32,000 bases of DNA from Synechococcus elongatus PCC 6301 (GCF_000010065.1 NC_006576.1:120001-152000); one strand, 5' to 3'. Shown: positions 17,992 through 25,561, counted from the stretch's first letter. A program made the numbers and translations. The notes: generated by a model from the sequence alone, not told the origin.

Positions 17992-18188
17992 AAAAGGAGA
18001 GATCTAACCGCGACGCCGTTTTACCTCAGATTTCGACCTGGGAGAACCAGGGGGGAGCTTGCGGCCAACATTAAGTTTCCGAGTCAAGCTCGGTCTACTG
18101 CCGTCGGCTCTGCGAGAGCGCCCAACTTCGAAAGGTATAGATCAAAAAACATTGTTGGCAGTCACCAACGTCGCAGCCAGATCTGAGG
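17992..18188 (-). ncRNA. ssaA: 6S RNA (SsrS; ssaA / 6Sa RNA in Synechococcus), ends approximate
   Basis: A 262-bp ORF-free gap lies 3' of purK. Minus-strand 18184-18166 pairs with 18000-18018 to give a 19-bp end-to-end helix. Five of its pairs are G.U on the minus transcript but A.C mismatches on the plus transcript. The helix encloses 185 nt and is followed by CUCC-UUUUUU (plus 17990-17995). Internal hairpins include CCGAG-CUUGA-CUCGG and CCUGG-UUCUC-CCAGG. From memory, cyanobacterial 6S RNA genes sit next to purK and the Synechococcus 6Sa RNA is ~185 nt. Confidence 0.6.
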
Positions 18189-18204
18189 TCATCCTAGCAG
18201 GCTT

Positions 18205-19392
18205 CTAGGGTTGGTGGGCAGTGTCTGGATTTGGCCAGATCGCCTCAACCTGAGCCAGCATAGTTTGCGCCTGTTGCGCTCGCTCCGTGGACGACGCGCC
18301 AGAGAGCGGCAGTGTGATATGTCCCAACTTACGACCAGGCTTCGACTCCGTTTTGCCATACCAGTAGAGACAGGCCCCAGGTAGCGCGGCGAGTTGCTGG
18401 CGCAGTTCTGCATAGCCACTCTGGTGATCCTCGAAGCCGAGGAGATTAACCATTAAGGCACCGGGCCACTGCAATGCTGTCGATCCCAAAGGCAGATCAG
18501 CGATCGCTCGCAACTGCTGTTCAAACTGCGAAGTCTGGCAGGCGTCCAAGCTGTAGTGTCCTGAGTTGTGGGTGCGGGGCGCAATTTCGTTCACCCAGAG
18601 GCGATCGCCCTGCTGAAAGAGTTCAATGCCCGCGACGCCAACATAATCGACCGTCTCAACGAGGGTTCGGGCGATCGCAGCAACGGCTTTTTGCAACGCG
18701 CCTGGGATGGCAGCAGGAGCAACGACCCAACGACAGACCTGATTCTGCTGATGGGTCTGAACCACAGGGAAAGTCGCGATCGCCCCACTCTGACTACGGG
18801 CAACCATCACCGCTAATTCCTGCTCAAAGGGAATGAACTCTTCGAGGAGTAGTGGCGTATCGCCATAAGACTGCAAGGCTTGTTGAAGTTCTGCTAGCGA
18901 TCGCAAAACCTGTGTTCCCTTGCCGTCGTAGCCATGGCGGCGTTGCTTCAGCACCACCGGAAAGCCCAAGGCTGTTAGCTCCGACTCTGTTGCGGTTGCT
19001 GCCGCGATCGCTAAAAAGCGTGGGGTTGGCAATCCCAGACGAGTCAATAGTTGTCGCTGATCAAGTTTGTCGAGCAGGGAGGCGATCGCCGCTGGACGGG
19101 GGCGAAACCGGACACCAGTTTCCTCCAGCTCGGTCAAAGCCGGCAGATCAACAAACTCATTTTCGAATGTGATGACGTCACAGGCTTGAGCCAATTTCGC
19201 AGTCGCTGCAGCGTCAGCAACTGCTGCTAATACGGTTTGATCCGCGATCGCTACTGCTGGGTCGTGATCATTGGGTGTTTGAACGTGCAGCGACATCCCC
19301 AACTGTTGCGCTGCTGGTGCCAGCATCCAAGCTAACTGGCCACCACCAATCACTCCAACGTGCTGGACAGGGGAGACTGCGATCGCATTCAT
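18205..19392 (-). CDS. purK: N5-carboxyaminoimidazole ribonucleotide synthase (395 aa)
   Basis: From the ATG (rc 19390-19392): MNAIAVSPVQHVGVIGGGQLAWMLA..., with an ATP-grasp core (...VLKQRRHGYDGKGT..., ...NEIAPRTHNSGH...). The track's 23 upstream codons overlap the rbcS terminator and are rejected. Confidence 0.92.
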   Translation of the reverse strand: MNAIAVSPVQHVGVIGGGQLAWMLAPAAQQLGMSLHVQTPNDHDPAVAIADQTVLAAVADAAATAKLAQACDVITFENEFVDLPALTELEETGVRFRPRPAAIASLLDKLDQRQLLTRLGLPTPRFLAIAAATATESELTALGFPVVLKQRRHGYDGKGTQVLRSLAELQQALQSYGDTPLLLEEFIPFEQELAVMVARSQSGAIATFPVVQTHQQNQVCRWVVAPAAIPGALQKAVAAIARTLVETVDYVGVAGIELFQQGDRLWVNEIAPRTHNSGHYSLDACQTSQFEQQLRAIADLPLGSTALQWPGALMVNLLGFEDHQSGYAELRQQLAALPGACLYWYGKTESKPGRKLGHITLPLSGASSTERAQQAQTMLAQVEAIWPNPDTAHQP

Positions 19393-19443
19393 GGGCGTAG
19401 AGCAAAAGGGAAAGAGTCCGCCATCCTCAAGAATGGCAGACAG

Positions 19444-19471
19444 AAAAAAGCCCCTGCCCAAAGGCAGGAGC
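19444..19471 (-). terminator. rho-independent terminator of rbcLS
   Basis: The minus RNA reads GCUCCUGCC-UUUG-GGCAGGGGC followed by UUUUUU: a 9-bp stem (one U.G) with a 4-nt loop, 22 nt after the rbcS stop. Confidence 0.85.
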
Positions 19472-19493
19472 AGCTATCAAGACAAATCAGGCT

Positions 19494-19829
19494 TTAGTAG
19501 CGGCCGGGACGATGAACGATGAAGCTCACGGTTTGGCACTGCTTGATGTTGTCGAAGCCAGCGACACGGATGTAGCAATCACCGTATTCGCTGCGGCACT
19601 CACGCACTTCATCGAGGACTTGCTGAGGGCTCTTGCAGTCAAACAGGGGGAGCTTCCACATCGTCCAGTAGAACTCTTCCGGATTCGAGTGCTCGTTGAA
19701 CTCGATCAAGGGGTGGAAGCCTTGCTCGATCATGTACTCGATTTGTGCAGCGATTTGGCGATCGCTGAGGGGAGGCAGGTACGAGAAAGTCTCGAAACGA
19801 CGCTCTTTGGGCAGAGTTTTCATGCTCAT
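19494..19829 (-). CDS. rbcS: RuBisCO small subunit, 111 aa
   Basis: [63 protein letters not shown]...[26 protein letters not shown] is the form IB RbcS of S. elongatus as I remember it. Confidence 0.97.
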   Translation of the reverse strand: MSMKTLPKERRFETFSYLPPLSDRQIAAQIEYMIEQGFHPLIEFNEHSNPEEFYWTMWKLPLFDCKSPQQVLDEVRECRSEYGDCYIRVAGFDNIKQCQTVSFIVHRPGRY

Positions 19830-19861
19830 GATTCAGAAATCCTGAAAGGTTAAGTCGAAAG

Positions 19862-19903
19862 GCTGGGGAGAAAGCTTTACGCAGCAACGCTCACTCCCCC
19901 AGC
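19862..19903 (-). promoter_or_regulatory. intercistronic stem-loop between rbcL and rbcS
   Basis: GCTGGGGAG (19862-19870) pairs with CTCC(C)CCAGC (19894-19903): 9 bp with one bulged C and a 23-nt loop, inside the 90-nt rbcL-rbcS spacer. There is no rbcX here. Confidence 0.45.
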
Positions 19904-19919
19904 GATAGTCAGAGGCTCC

Positions 19920-21338
19920 TTAGAGCTTGTCCATCGTTTCGAATTCGAACTTGATCTCTTTCCAGAGGTCGAGGGCAGCAGCCAGTTCAGGCGACCACTT
20001 GCCAGCTTCACGAAGGATGTCGCCGCCTTCACGGTAGAGGTCGCGACCTTCGTTCCGAGCTTGGACGCAAGCTTCCAAGGCAACACGGTTCGCGGTTGCA
20101 CCAGGAGCATTACCCCAGGGGTGACCCAAGGTGCCGCCACCGAACTGGAGAACGGAGTCATCACCGAAGATTTCCACCAGTGCGGGCATGTGCCACACGT
20201 GGATACCACCGGAAGCAACCGGCAGCACGCCCGGCATCGACGCCCAATCTTGGGTGAAGAAGACCCCACGGCTGCGGTCAGCTTCGATGTGGTCTTCGCG
20301 CATCAAGTCAACAAAGCCCAAGGTCGAAGCTTTGTCGCCTTCCAGTTTGCCGACGACGGTGCCGGAGTGGAGGTGGTCACCACCGGACAGACGCAAACAC
20401 TTGGCCAAGACACGGAAGTGAATCCCGTGGTTACGCTGACGGTCGATCACCGCGTGCATTGCACGGTGGATGTGCAGCAGGACGCCGTTGTCGCGGCACC
20501 ATTTTGCCAAGGTGGTGTTGGCGGTGAAACCAGCCGTCAAGAAGTCATGCATGATGATCGGCATGCCGAGTTCTTTAGCGAACTCAGCCCGTTTCATCAT
20601 TTCTTCGCAGGTCGGCGCGGTCACGTTCAGGTAGTGACCTTTGATTTCACCGGTTTCTGCTTGCGATTTGTGGATTGCATCAGCCACAAACAGGAAGCGA
20701 TCGCGCCAGCGTTGGAACGGCTGCGAGTTGATGTTTTCGTCGTCTTTGGTGAAGTCCAGACCGCCGCGCAGACATTCGTAGACGGCACGACCGTAGTTTT
20801 TCGCCGACAGACCGAGTTTTGGTTTGATCGTGCAACCCAGCATCGGACGGCCGTACTTGTTCAGCAGGTCGCGCTCGACTTGGATACCGTGGGGAGGACC
20901 TTGGAAGGTTTTGACCAAGGCGACGGGGAAGCGGATGTCTTCCAGACGCAGCGAACGGATAGCTTTGAAGCCAAACACGTTACCGACGATCGAGGTCAGG
21001 ATGTTGGTGACCGACCCTTCTTCAAACAGGTCGAGCGGGTAAGCGATGAACGCAAAGTAGGAGTTCTCTTCGCCTTGCACCGGCTCGATGTGGTAGCACT
21101 TGCCTTTGTACCGATCCATGTCGGTCAGCAAGTCGGTCCACACGGTGGTCCAGGTACCGGTCGAAGATTCAGCCGCGATCGCCGCACCAGCTTCGTCAGC
21201 AGGGACACCCGGCTGAGGGCTGAAGCGGAAAGCCGCCAGCAGGTCAGTGTCTTTGGGGGTGTAATCGGGGGTGTAATAGGTGAGTTTGTAGTCCTTCACC
21301 CCGGCCTTATAGCCTGCGGCAGATTGCGTCTTGGGCAT
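19920..21338 (-). CDS. rbcL: RuBisCO large subunit, form IB, 472 aa
   Basis: From the ATG (rc 21336-21338): [39 protein letters not shown]..., with ...[16 protein letters not shown]... (the carbamylated Lys in KDDE) and C-terminal ...[14 protein letters not shown]. The 30 extra codons in the track ORF are upstream read-through. Confidence 0.98.
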
Positions 21339-21458
21339 GTCGTCTCTCCCTAGAGATATGTCAGATATGCTCGACGATTCAGGATTTCTGGCAGGGGGAG
21401 CCTGTAAAGCTGCAGTCCCACAGCGCAAGTCCAGCGGAGCATTCCGTTGCGACGGACG

Positions 21459-21483
21459 CTTAATTCTTTTGTGGAGAATTAAG
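21459..21483. promoter_or_regulatory. perfect 9-bp inverted repeat in the ccmO-rbcL spacer (candidate LysR-type T-N11-A operator or RNA hairpin)
   Basis: CTTAATTCT-TTTGTGG-AGAATTAAG, ~120-145 nt upstream of the rbcL ATG. The dyad contains TCT-N7-AGA, which fits T-N11-A. Confidence 0.35.
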
Positions 21484-21728
21484 CCTTAGATTCCTCATGA
21501 ATCAACCTATCATCAATCGGAACCATTTATTGAAGCCCAGAAGCGAGATTTGATTTGATTTGCTTAACGCTGGCTCATGCCCTGCTTATTGAAGATGAGG
21601 AGCGATCGCTGAACCATGGCAAAAGCCGCCTCCCGTCTAGCTTGAAGGCGTTGACATCACTCTGTACTTAGGTCTACTGAGTCCGAAACTTTCAGCCAAA
21701 AACCAAGGGAATTACAGTGCTTTTTCCA

Positions 21729-22559
21729 TCACTGATCATCACGAGGATTGGGGAGCTCTAAGGGCTCGGCGAGCGGTGTCTCTTGAGCCAATTCCAACGC
21801 AGACTGTCGCTCTTCTGCTAAAAGTCGCGGTGCTTCGATCGCGATCGGCTGCCGTTCGAGTTCCGGTAGCTCCAACAGCGGTTGTTTTTCGCGAACCCGC
21901 AGCGGTAATTGGAGTGGCTGGGCTGCTTCGCTATCCGACTGCGGCTCAGGCAAGCTGTCCATCAAGTCGTCTAGCGGTCTGGGAATGACCATGATTGCGT
22001 TGAGCTGGCCGATCCGCTCAGCGGCATACATCCCGGCTTCGACCGCAACGGTCACATTAGAAACCGTGCCTTGCACGATCGCAGTACAGAGACCGCTGCC
22101 CGTTTTCTCATAACAAATCAGCTTGACGTTAGCCGATTTGAGCATGGCATCGGCTGCTCCAACCAAAGCAGGGAACCCATTGGTCTCAATTAGCCCAATC
22201 GCGCCAACATTCTGATGCGATCGCGTGGCCATGGCTTCTTGGGAGAGCCGCCGGCTAATCGGCAACACGGCTTCGAGGTTGCCTTGAGGCCGCGGCAGAA
22301 TAGTGCTGGAAACGTACTGCTCAAACTGACGAGCTGTCGCTACGCCAGCCTCAAGAGCCAGCTTGATGTCGGCATAGCCACCCCGGATGATTGCTGTACA
22401 AAAGCCCGAGCCTGTTTTCTCATAGCCGATCAATGTGACATCGGCCGACTTGAGCATCATGTCTGCAGTGCCGACAACCGCTGGAAAACTACGGGTACAA
22501 ATGACCCCTAGTGCACCTGCATTGCGAGGCTGAGAATAGGCGGGAAGAGAAGCCGACAT
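21729..22559 (-). CDS. ccmO: carboxysome shell protein CcmO (tandem BMC domains plus a ~75-aa acidic tail), 276 aa
   Basis: There are two BMC-domain copies (ALGVICTRSFPAVVGTADMMLKSADVTLIGYEKTGSGFCTAIIRG...; AIGLIETNGFPALVGAADAMLKSANVKLICYEKTGSGLCTAIVQG...). The start is taken at the ATG (rc 22557-22559); the track begins two codons earlier at a TTG. Confidence 0.93.
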   Translation of the reverse strand: MSASLPAYSQPRNAGALGVICTRSFPAVVGTADMMLKSADVTLIGYEKTGSGFCTAIIRGGYADIKLALEAGVATARQFEQYVSSTILPRPQGNLEAVLPISRRLSQEAMATRSHQNVGAIGLIETNGFPALVGAADAMLKSANVKLICYEKTGSGLCTAIVQGTVSNVTVAVEAGMYAAERIGQLNAIMVIPRPLDDLMDSLPEPQSDSEAAQPLQLPLRVREKQPLLELPELERQPIAIEAPRLLAEERQSALELAQETPLAEPLELPNPRDDQ

Positions 22560-22573
22560 CAACAAAGTACCCT

Positions 22574-22590
22574 GCAGCTCCTAGAGCTGC
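22574..22590 (-). promoter_or_regulatory. intercistronic hairpin between ccmN and ccmO
   Basis: GCAGCTC-CTA-GAGCTGC: a perfect 7-bp stem with a 3-nt loop, 10 nt after the ccmN stop and 14 nt before the ccmO ATG. Confidence 0.45.
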
Positions 22591-22600
22591 TGTGCACATC

Positions 22601-23086
22601 TTAGCGATCGGGGAACATGCTCTGGCGCATCCGCAAAAACTGTTCCTTGCCGTAGACCTTAGTGGGGTGGGCGATTGCACTGGATTGAGGCGATCGCCCG
22701 GCGGGCTCGGAAGAGCTGACCGTCGCGGTTGTTGGGGGCGTTTCAGCACTCAACAAGCTGCCAGGCGCCGTGACACCGCCAGCCTCGATCGAGGTGTTAA
22801 CCAGAGTGGTGGATGCACCCAGGCAAGCCTGACGACCGACAATACTCTGGCCAACAATCAGCACTCCGGCAGCAAGCAAGGCTCCTGCTTGAATGATGAT
22901 TGCACCGCCGCGAGCGTGGATCACCGATCCAAGGCCAATACAGACGCCACTTGCGATCTCAATCCGGCTGTCGGCCTCCGCAATCAGCAACACCCCCGGA
23001 GCAATCACCACATCAGCAGCAATCGTGACCTCACCACTGGCAAAGTAGCGATCGCTGATCGGGGGCTCTAGGGGCGGTAGATGCAT
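22601..23086 (-). CDS. ccmN: carboxysome assembly protein CcmN (hexapeptide-repeat left-handed beta-helix plus C-terminal encapsulation peptide), 161 aa
   Basis: From the ATG (rc 23084-23086): MHLPPLEPPISDRYFASGEVTIAADVVIAPGVLLIAEADSRIEIASGVCIGLGSVIHARGGAIIIQAGA.... A Pro/Ser/Thr linker leads to the C-terminal amphipathic VYGKEQFLRMRQSMFPDR. Position in ccmKLMNO supports the call. Confidence 0.9.
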   Translation of the reverse strand: MHLPPLEPPISDRYFASGEVTIAADVVIAPGVLLIAEADSRIEIASGVCIGLGSVIHARGGAIIIQAGALLAAGVLIVGQSIVGRQACLGASTTLVNTSIEAGGVTAPGSLLSAETPPTTATVSSSEPAGRSPQSSAIAHPTKVYGKEQFLRMRQSMFPDR

Positions 23087-23121
23087 GAAGACAAGGGGCG
23101 ATCGCCGGATTCCCGGCACAG

Positions 23122-24741
23122 TTACGGCTTTTGAATCAACAGTTCAGCCACGCGACGACGAGCCGCAGGGTCAATCCCAATCAGGCGCACATACTTACCC
23201 TTGTGCTCTTGCAGAATTGACTCCAAAGCAGGCAAGACAGTTGCTTCGCTCCGGCCACTCAGAGCCGGCAAACTCTGCCAAGAGCTGGTTTGGAAGCGAC
23301 GCTTATCGGCGACTTCCGCACTGATCCGGTAGCCTTGGGCTAGCAGACCCCGAACCTGTCCAGCGACATCGCTCGAACTCGATCCATTTGAGGTGTAGCT
23401 GTGGCTGCTGGGCGTTGCCGAACTCACAGGTGCGGCGGCCGCTTTGGCGGAACCCACCGGTCCTTGGGGATCTTGGATCAGGGCTTCAAAAACACGACTG
23501 CGGCTAGCAGTGTCGATGCCCAGCAGGCGAACGTACTCACCTTCGTGCTCGCTCAGACAGTTTTCCAGTTCAGCCAGAACCTGGCGCTCATTCGAACTTT
23601 GAATCGGTGCGCAGGACTGCCAAGAGCTAGTCCGAAAGCGGCGCTTGTCTGCATGTTCCGTCCCAATCCGATAGCCTTGGGCTAAGAGGTTGCGGACTTT
23701 ATTGACCACTTCTGCTGAGAGGTTGCCGCTGACGCTGGCATAGCTGCTCTGACGGCCACCACCGGAAGCGACTGCCACCGGTTGGCTCCCCAGCGATTCA
23801 GGAACCGAACCATCGGGCCGTTGAATCAGGGCTTCAAAAACACGGCTGCGAGTATTGGTATCGATGCCGAGCAAGCGAACGTATTCACCTTCGTGTTCGC
23901 TCAGACAATTTTCCAGTTCGCTCAAGACCTGGCGCTCGTTCGTGCTTTGAATCGGCGCGCAGGGCTGCCAAGAGCTAGTCCGGAAGCGGCGCTTGTCCGC
24001 ATGTTCCGTCCCAATCCGATAGCCCTGGTTCAGCAAACTCCGGACTTGGGTGATGACTTCGGAACTGAGTCGGCCTTGGCCGTTATAAGCGCTCACGGTC
24101 GTTGCCTCGCTAGACGATGGACGAAGTGGAGAAGGAGTTGGCGTGGAGTGGAAATCAGCAGTAGCTGCTGGAGTAGACCGGACAATCACTGGAGGTGAGC
24201 CAATGATGTGGCGGGCAAATTCCCGATCTTCCGGGCGAACCTCGGGTAGGCGATCGGCCTGCTGCTGGGTCGTGATGATTGCTCCAGAAGGAACATAGCG
24301 ACCGGGAGGAATCTCTACGTCTTGGACAAGGGCGTGCATCATGATTACCGAACCGGCCCCAACACGAGCGTTGAAGACGGTGGATCGGAAACCGACGAAG
24401 CAGTCATCTCCGAGATAGGCCGGGCCATGGATGAGTGCTTTGTGAGTAATCGCGACTCGCTGGCCTATCCAGACGGAATAGTCCGCTTGGTCATCGCCCA
24501 AGACACGACCATATTCCAAGCCGTGGATGACAGCGCCCTCTTGCAGGATGCTTTCTTTCCCGACTTGGAATGGTGCGCCTTCGTCAGCACGGATCGAAAC
24601 CCCCGCTGCAACGCGGACTCCCGCTGCGATACGTACGTCGCCGATGATGCTGGCGATCGCATGAACCTGAGCAGCCGGATCAATATAAGGCTCAGCCAAC
24701 CGACCCGCCGTAGCAACGGGGACCGTTGTTGGGCTCGGCAT
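23122..24741 (-). CDS. ccmM: carboxysome organising protein CcmM (gamma-CA-like domain plus three RbcS-like SSUL modules), 539 aa
   Basis: The N-terminal hexapeptide-repeat gamma-CA fold covers residues ~1-200. Three SSUL repeats follow (…[20 protein letters not shown]…[11 protein letters not shown]…). GGAGG lies 7 nt before the ATG at 24741. Confidence 0.97.
   Translation of the reverse strand: MPSPTTVPVATAGRLAEPYIDPAAQVHAIASIIGDVRIAAGVRVAAGVSIRADEGAPFQVGKESILQEGAVIHGLEYGRVLGDDQADYSVWIGQRVAITHKALIHGPAYLGDDCFVGFRSTVFNARVGAGSVIMMHALVQDVEIPPGRYVPSGAIITTQQQADRLPEVRPEDREFARHIIGSPPVIVRSTPAATADFHSTPTPSPLRPSSSEATTVSAYNGQGRLSSEVITQVRSLLNQGYRIGTEHADKRRFRTSSWQPCAPIQSTNERQVLSELENCLSEHEGEYVRLLGIDTNTRSRVFEALIQRPDGSVPESLGSQPVAVASGGGRQSSYASVSGNLSAEVVNKVRNLLAQGYRIGTEHADKRRFRTSSWQSCAPIQSSNERQVLAELENCLSEHEGEYVRLLGIDTASRSRVFEALIQDPQGPVGSAKAAAAPVSSATPSSHSYTSNGSSSSDVAGQVRGLLAQGYRISAEVADKRRFQTSSWQSLPALSGRSEATVLPALESILQEHKGKYVRLIGIDPAARRRVAELLIQKP
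23125..24069 (-). repeat. three tandem intragenic SSUL-coding repeats in ccmM (23818-24069, 23470-23721, 23125-23379)
   Basis: Repeats 1 and 2 are offset by 348 nt. A hand alignment of 23521-23680 against 23869-24028 gave 18 mismatches in 160 nt (~89% identity). Repeat 3 is clearly more diverged. Confidence 0.9.
24094..24108 (-). promoter_or_regulatory. internal translation-initiation site for the short CcmM isoform (M35): GAGG, 8-nt spacer, GTG (Val216)
   Basis: The minus strand reads ...UCUAGCGAGGCAACGACC-GUG-AGC-GCU-UAU-AAC (V216 SAYN). The GTG is rc of 24094-24096 and the GAGG is rc of 24105-24108, just upstream of SSUL1. That M35 arises from internal initiation near residue 216 is from my recollection of the literature. 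Confidence 0.6.
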
Positions 24742-24784
24742 TCTCTAACCTCCCAAGCCTGGGCTCAATCCAGATCAATGACCA

Positions 24785-24803
24785 GCAGGGATTCAATCCC
24801 TGC
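24785..24803 (-). promoter_or_regulatory. intercistronic palindrome/hairpin between ccmL and ccmM
   Basis: GCAGGGATT-C-AATCCCTGC has perfect 9-nt arms (effectively a 7-bp stem with a 5-nt loop), starting 3 nt after the ccmL stop codon. Confidence 0.5.
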
Positions 24804-24806
24804 CCA

Positions 24807-25106
24807 TTAGCTGTGCTCGCGTTTGTCGTAGACGGAGCGGTTTTCCACGTTGACCGTATCGATGATGGCAATGACAGCTGCATCAACCGGTCGTTCCTGA
24901 CAATCGCGCACATGGCGCGCTTGACTGCCGCGGCTAATCAACACCCACTCGTCAACGCCAGCGCCAACCATGTCAGCAGCAACCTCATACTCTTGAAGTG
25001 CCTGTCCAGCCTCATCCAAGAACTGAACAACCAAGAACTTTACCCCTTGCAGGCTGGGCTCTTTGTAGGTACTGACTACGGTTCCGCGAACCTTAGCAAT
25101 GCGCAT
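24807..25106 (-). CDS. ccmL: carboxysome vertex (pentamer) protein CcmL, 99 aa
   Basis: From the ATG (rc 25104-25106): MRIAKVRGTVVSTYKEPSLQGVKFLVVQFLDEAGQ...VGAGVDEWVLISRGSQAR..., an EutN/CcmL-family sequence. The 18 upstream codons in the track ORF are rejected. Confidence 0.95.
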   Translation of the reverse strand: MRIAKVRGTVVSTYKEPSLQGVKFLVVQFLDEAGQALQEYEVAADMVGAGVDEWVLISRGSQARHVRDCQERPVDAAVIAIIDTVNVENRSVYDKREHS

Positions 25107-25219
25107 GCTGATCTCACATCGACGGCACAACAGGACAGCCGACCATCGAAGAACAGACAAACAAATCTGCCAAGGTGCATCTTGAAAGACTCACCTAAAG
25201 AGTCGGCAATCAAGATGAA

Positions 25220-25247
25220 AGGGCTATTGAAACGACTCAACAGCCCT
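25220..25247 (-). promoter_or_regulatory. stem-loop immediately 3' of ccmK (possible partial terminator or mRNA-stabilising element)
   Basis: The minus RNA reads AGGGCUgUUGA-GUCGUU-UCAAuAGCCCU: 10 bp with one mismatch and a 6-nt loop, beginning 5 nt after the ccmK stop and followed by the U-rich UUCAUCUUGAUU. Confidence 0.5.
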
Positions 25248-25252
25248 CAACC

Positions 25253-25561
25253 TTACATGCGGAATTGTTCAACAGCTTCGGTGTAGCGAATCGGGAGAAC
25301 GTATTCCAAGTTCTCGTGGGGACGCGCAATGATGTGGTGCGACAGCACTTCACCACCGGCAACCCGTTTCGCCGAATCGAGACCCGCAGAGACAGAAGCT
25401 TGAACTTCCGAAACGTCTCCCCGGACAATGACAGTGACGCGGCCGCTGCCAATCTTCTCATAGCCAACCAGCGTGACACGCGCTGCTTTGACCATCGCGT
25501 CAGCTGCTTCCACAACAGCCGGGAAGCCCAGGGTCTCGATCATTCCAACCGCAATAGGCAT
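25253..25561 (-). CDS. ccmK: major carboxysome shell hexamer protein CcmK2, 102 aa
   Basis: [67 protein letters not shown]... is a single BMC domain and the first gene of ccmKLMNO. Confidence 0.97.
   Translation of the reverse strand: MPIAVGMIETLGFPAVVEAADAMVKAARVTLVGYEKIGSGRVTVIVRGDVSEVQASVSAGLDSAKRVAGGEVLSHHIIARPHENLEYVLPIRYTEAVEQFRM

Noticed and set aside
20061-21353. 430-aa ORF on the plus strand, antisense to almost all of rbcL (with smaller ones at 20131..20421 and 20824..21042)
   Set aside because: Its translation is low-complexity and rich in V/G/R/T/D, with no recognisable family. It mirrors the highly biased rbcL frame, which depletes stop codons on the opposite strand. rbcL itself is unambiguous, so this is a shadow ORF.
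21339-21428. Upstream extensions of well-known genes in the ORF track: rbcL +30 codons here, and likewise fbaA to 3650, purK to 19461, ccmN to 23119, ccmL to 25160 and ccmO to 22565
   Set aside because: In each case the conserved protein begins at an internal ATG with a better context. The extension runs into a terminator, the neighbouring gene's stop or non-homologous sequence. The resulting lengths (472, 357, 161, 99 and 276 aa) match what I remember for these proteins.
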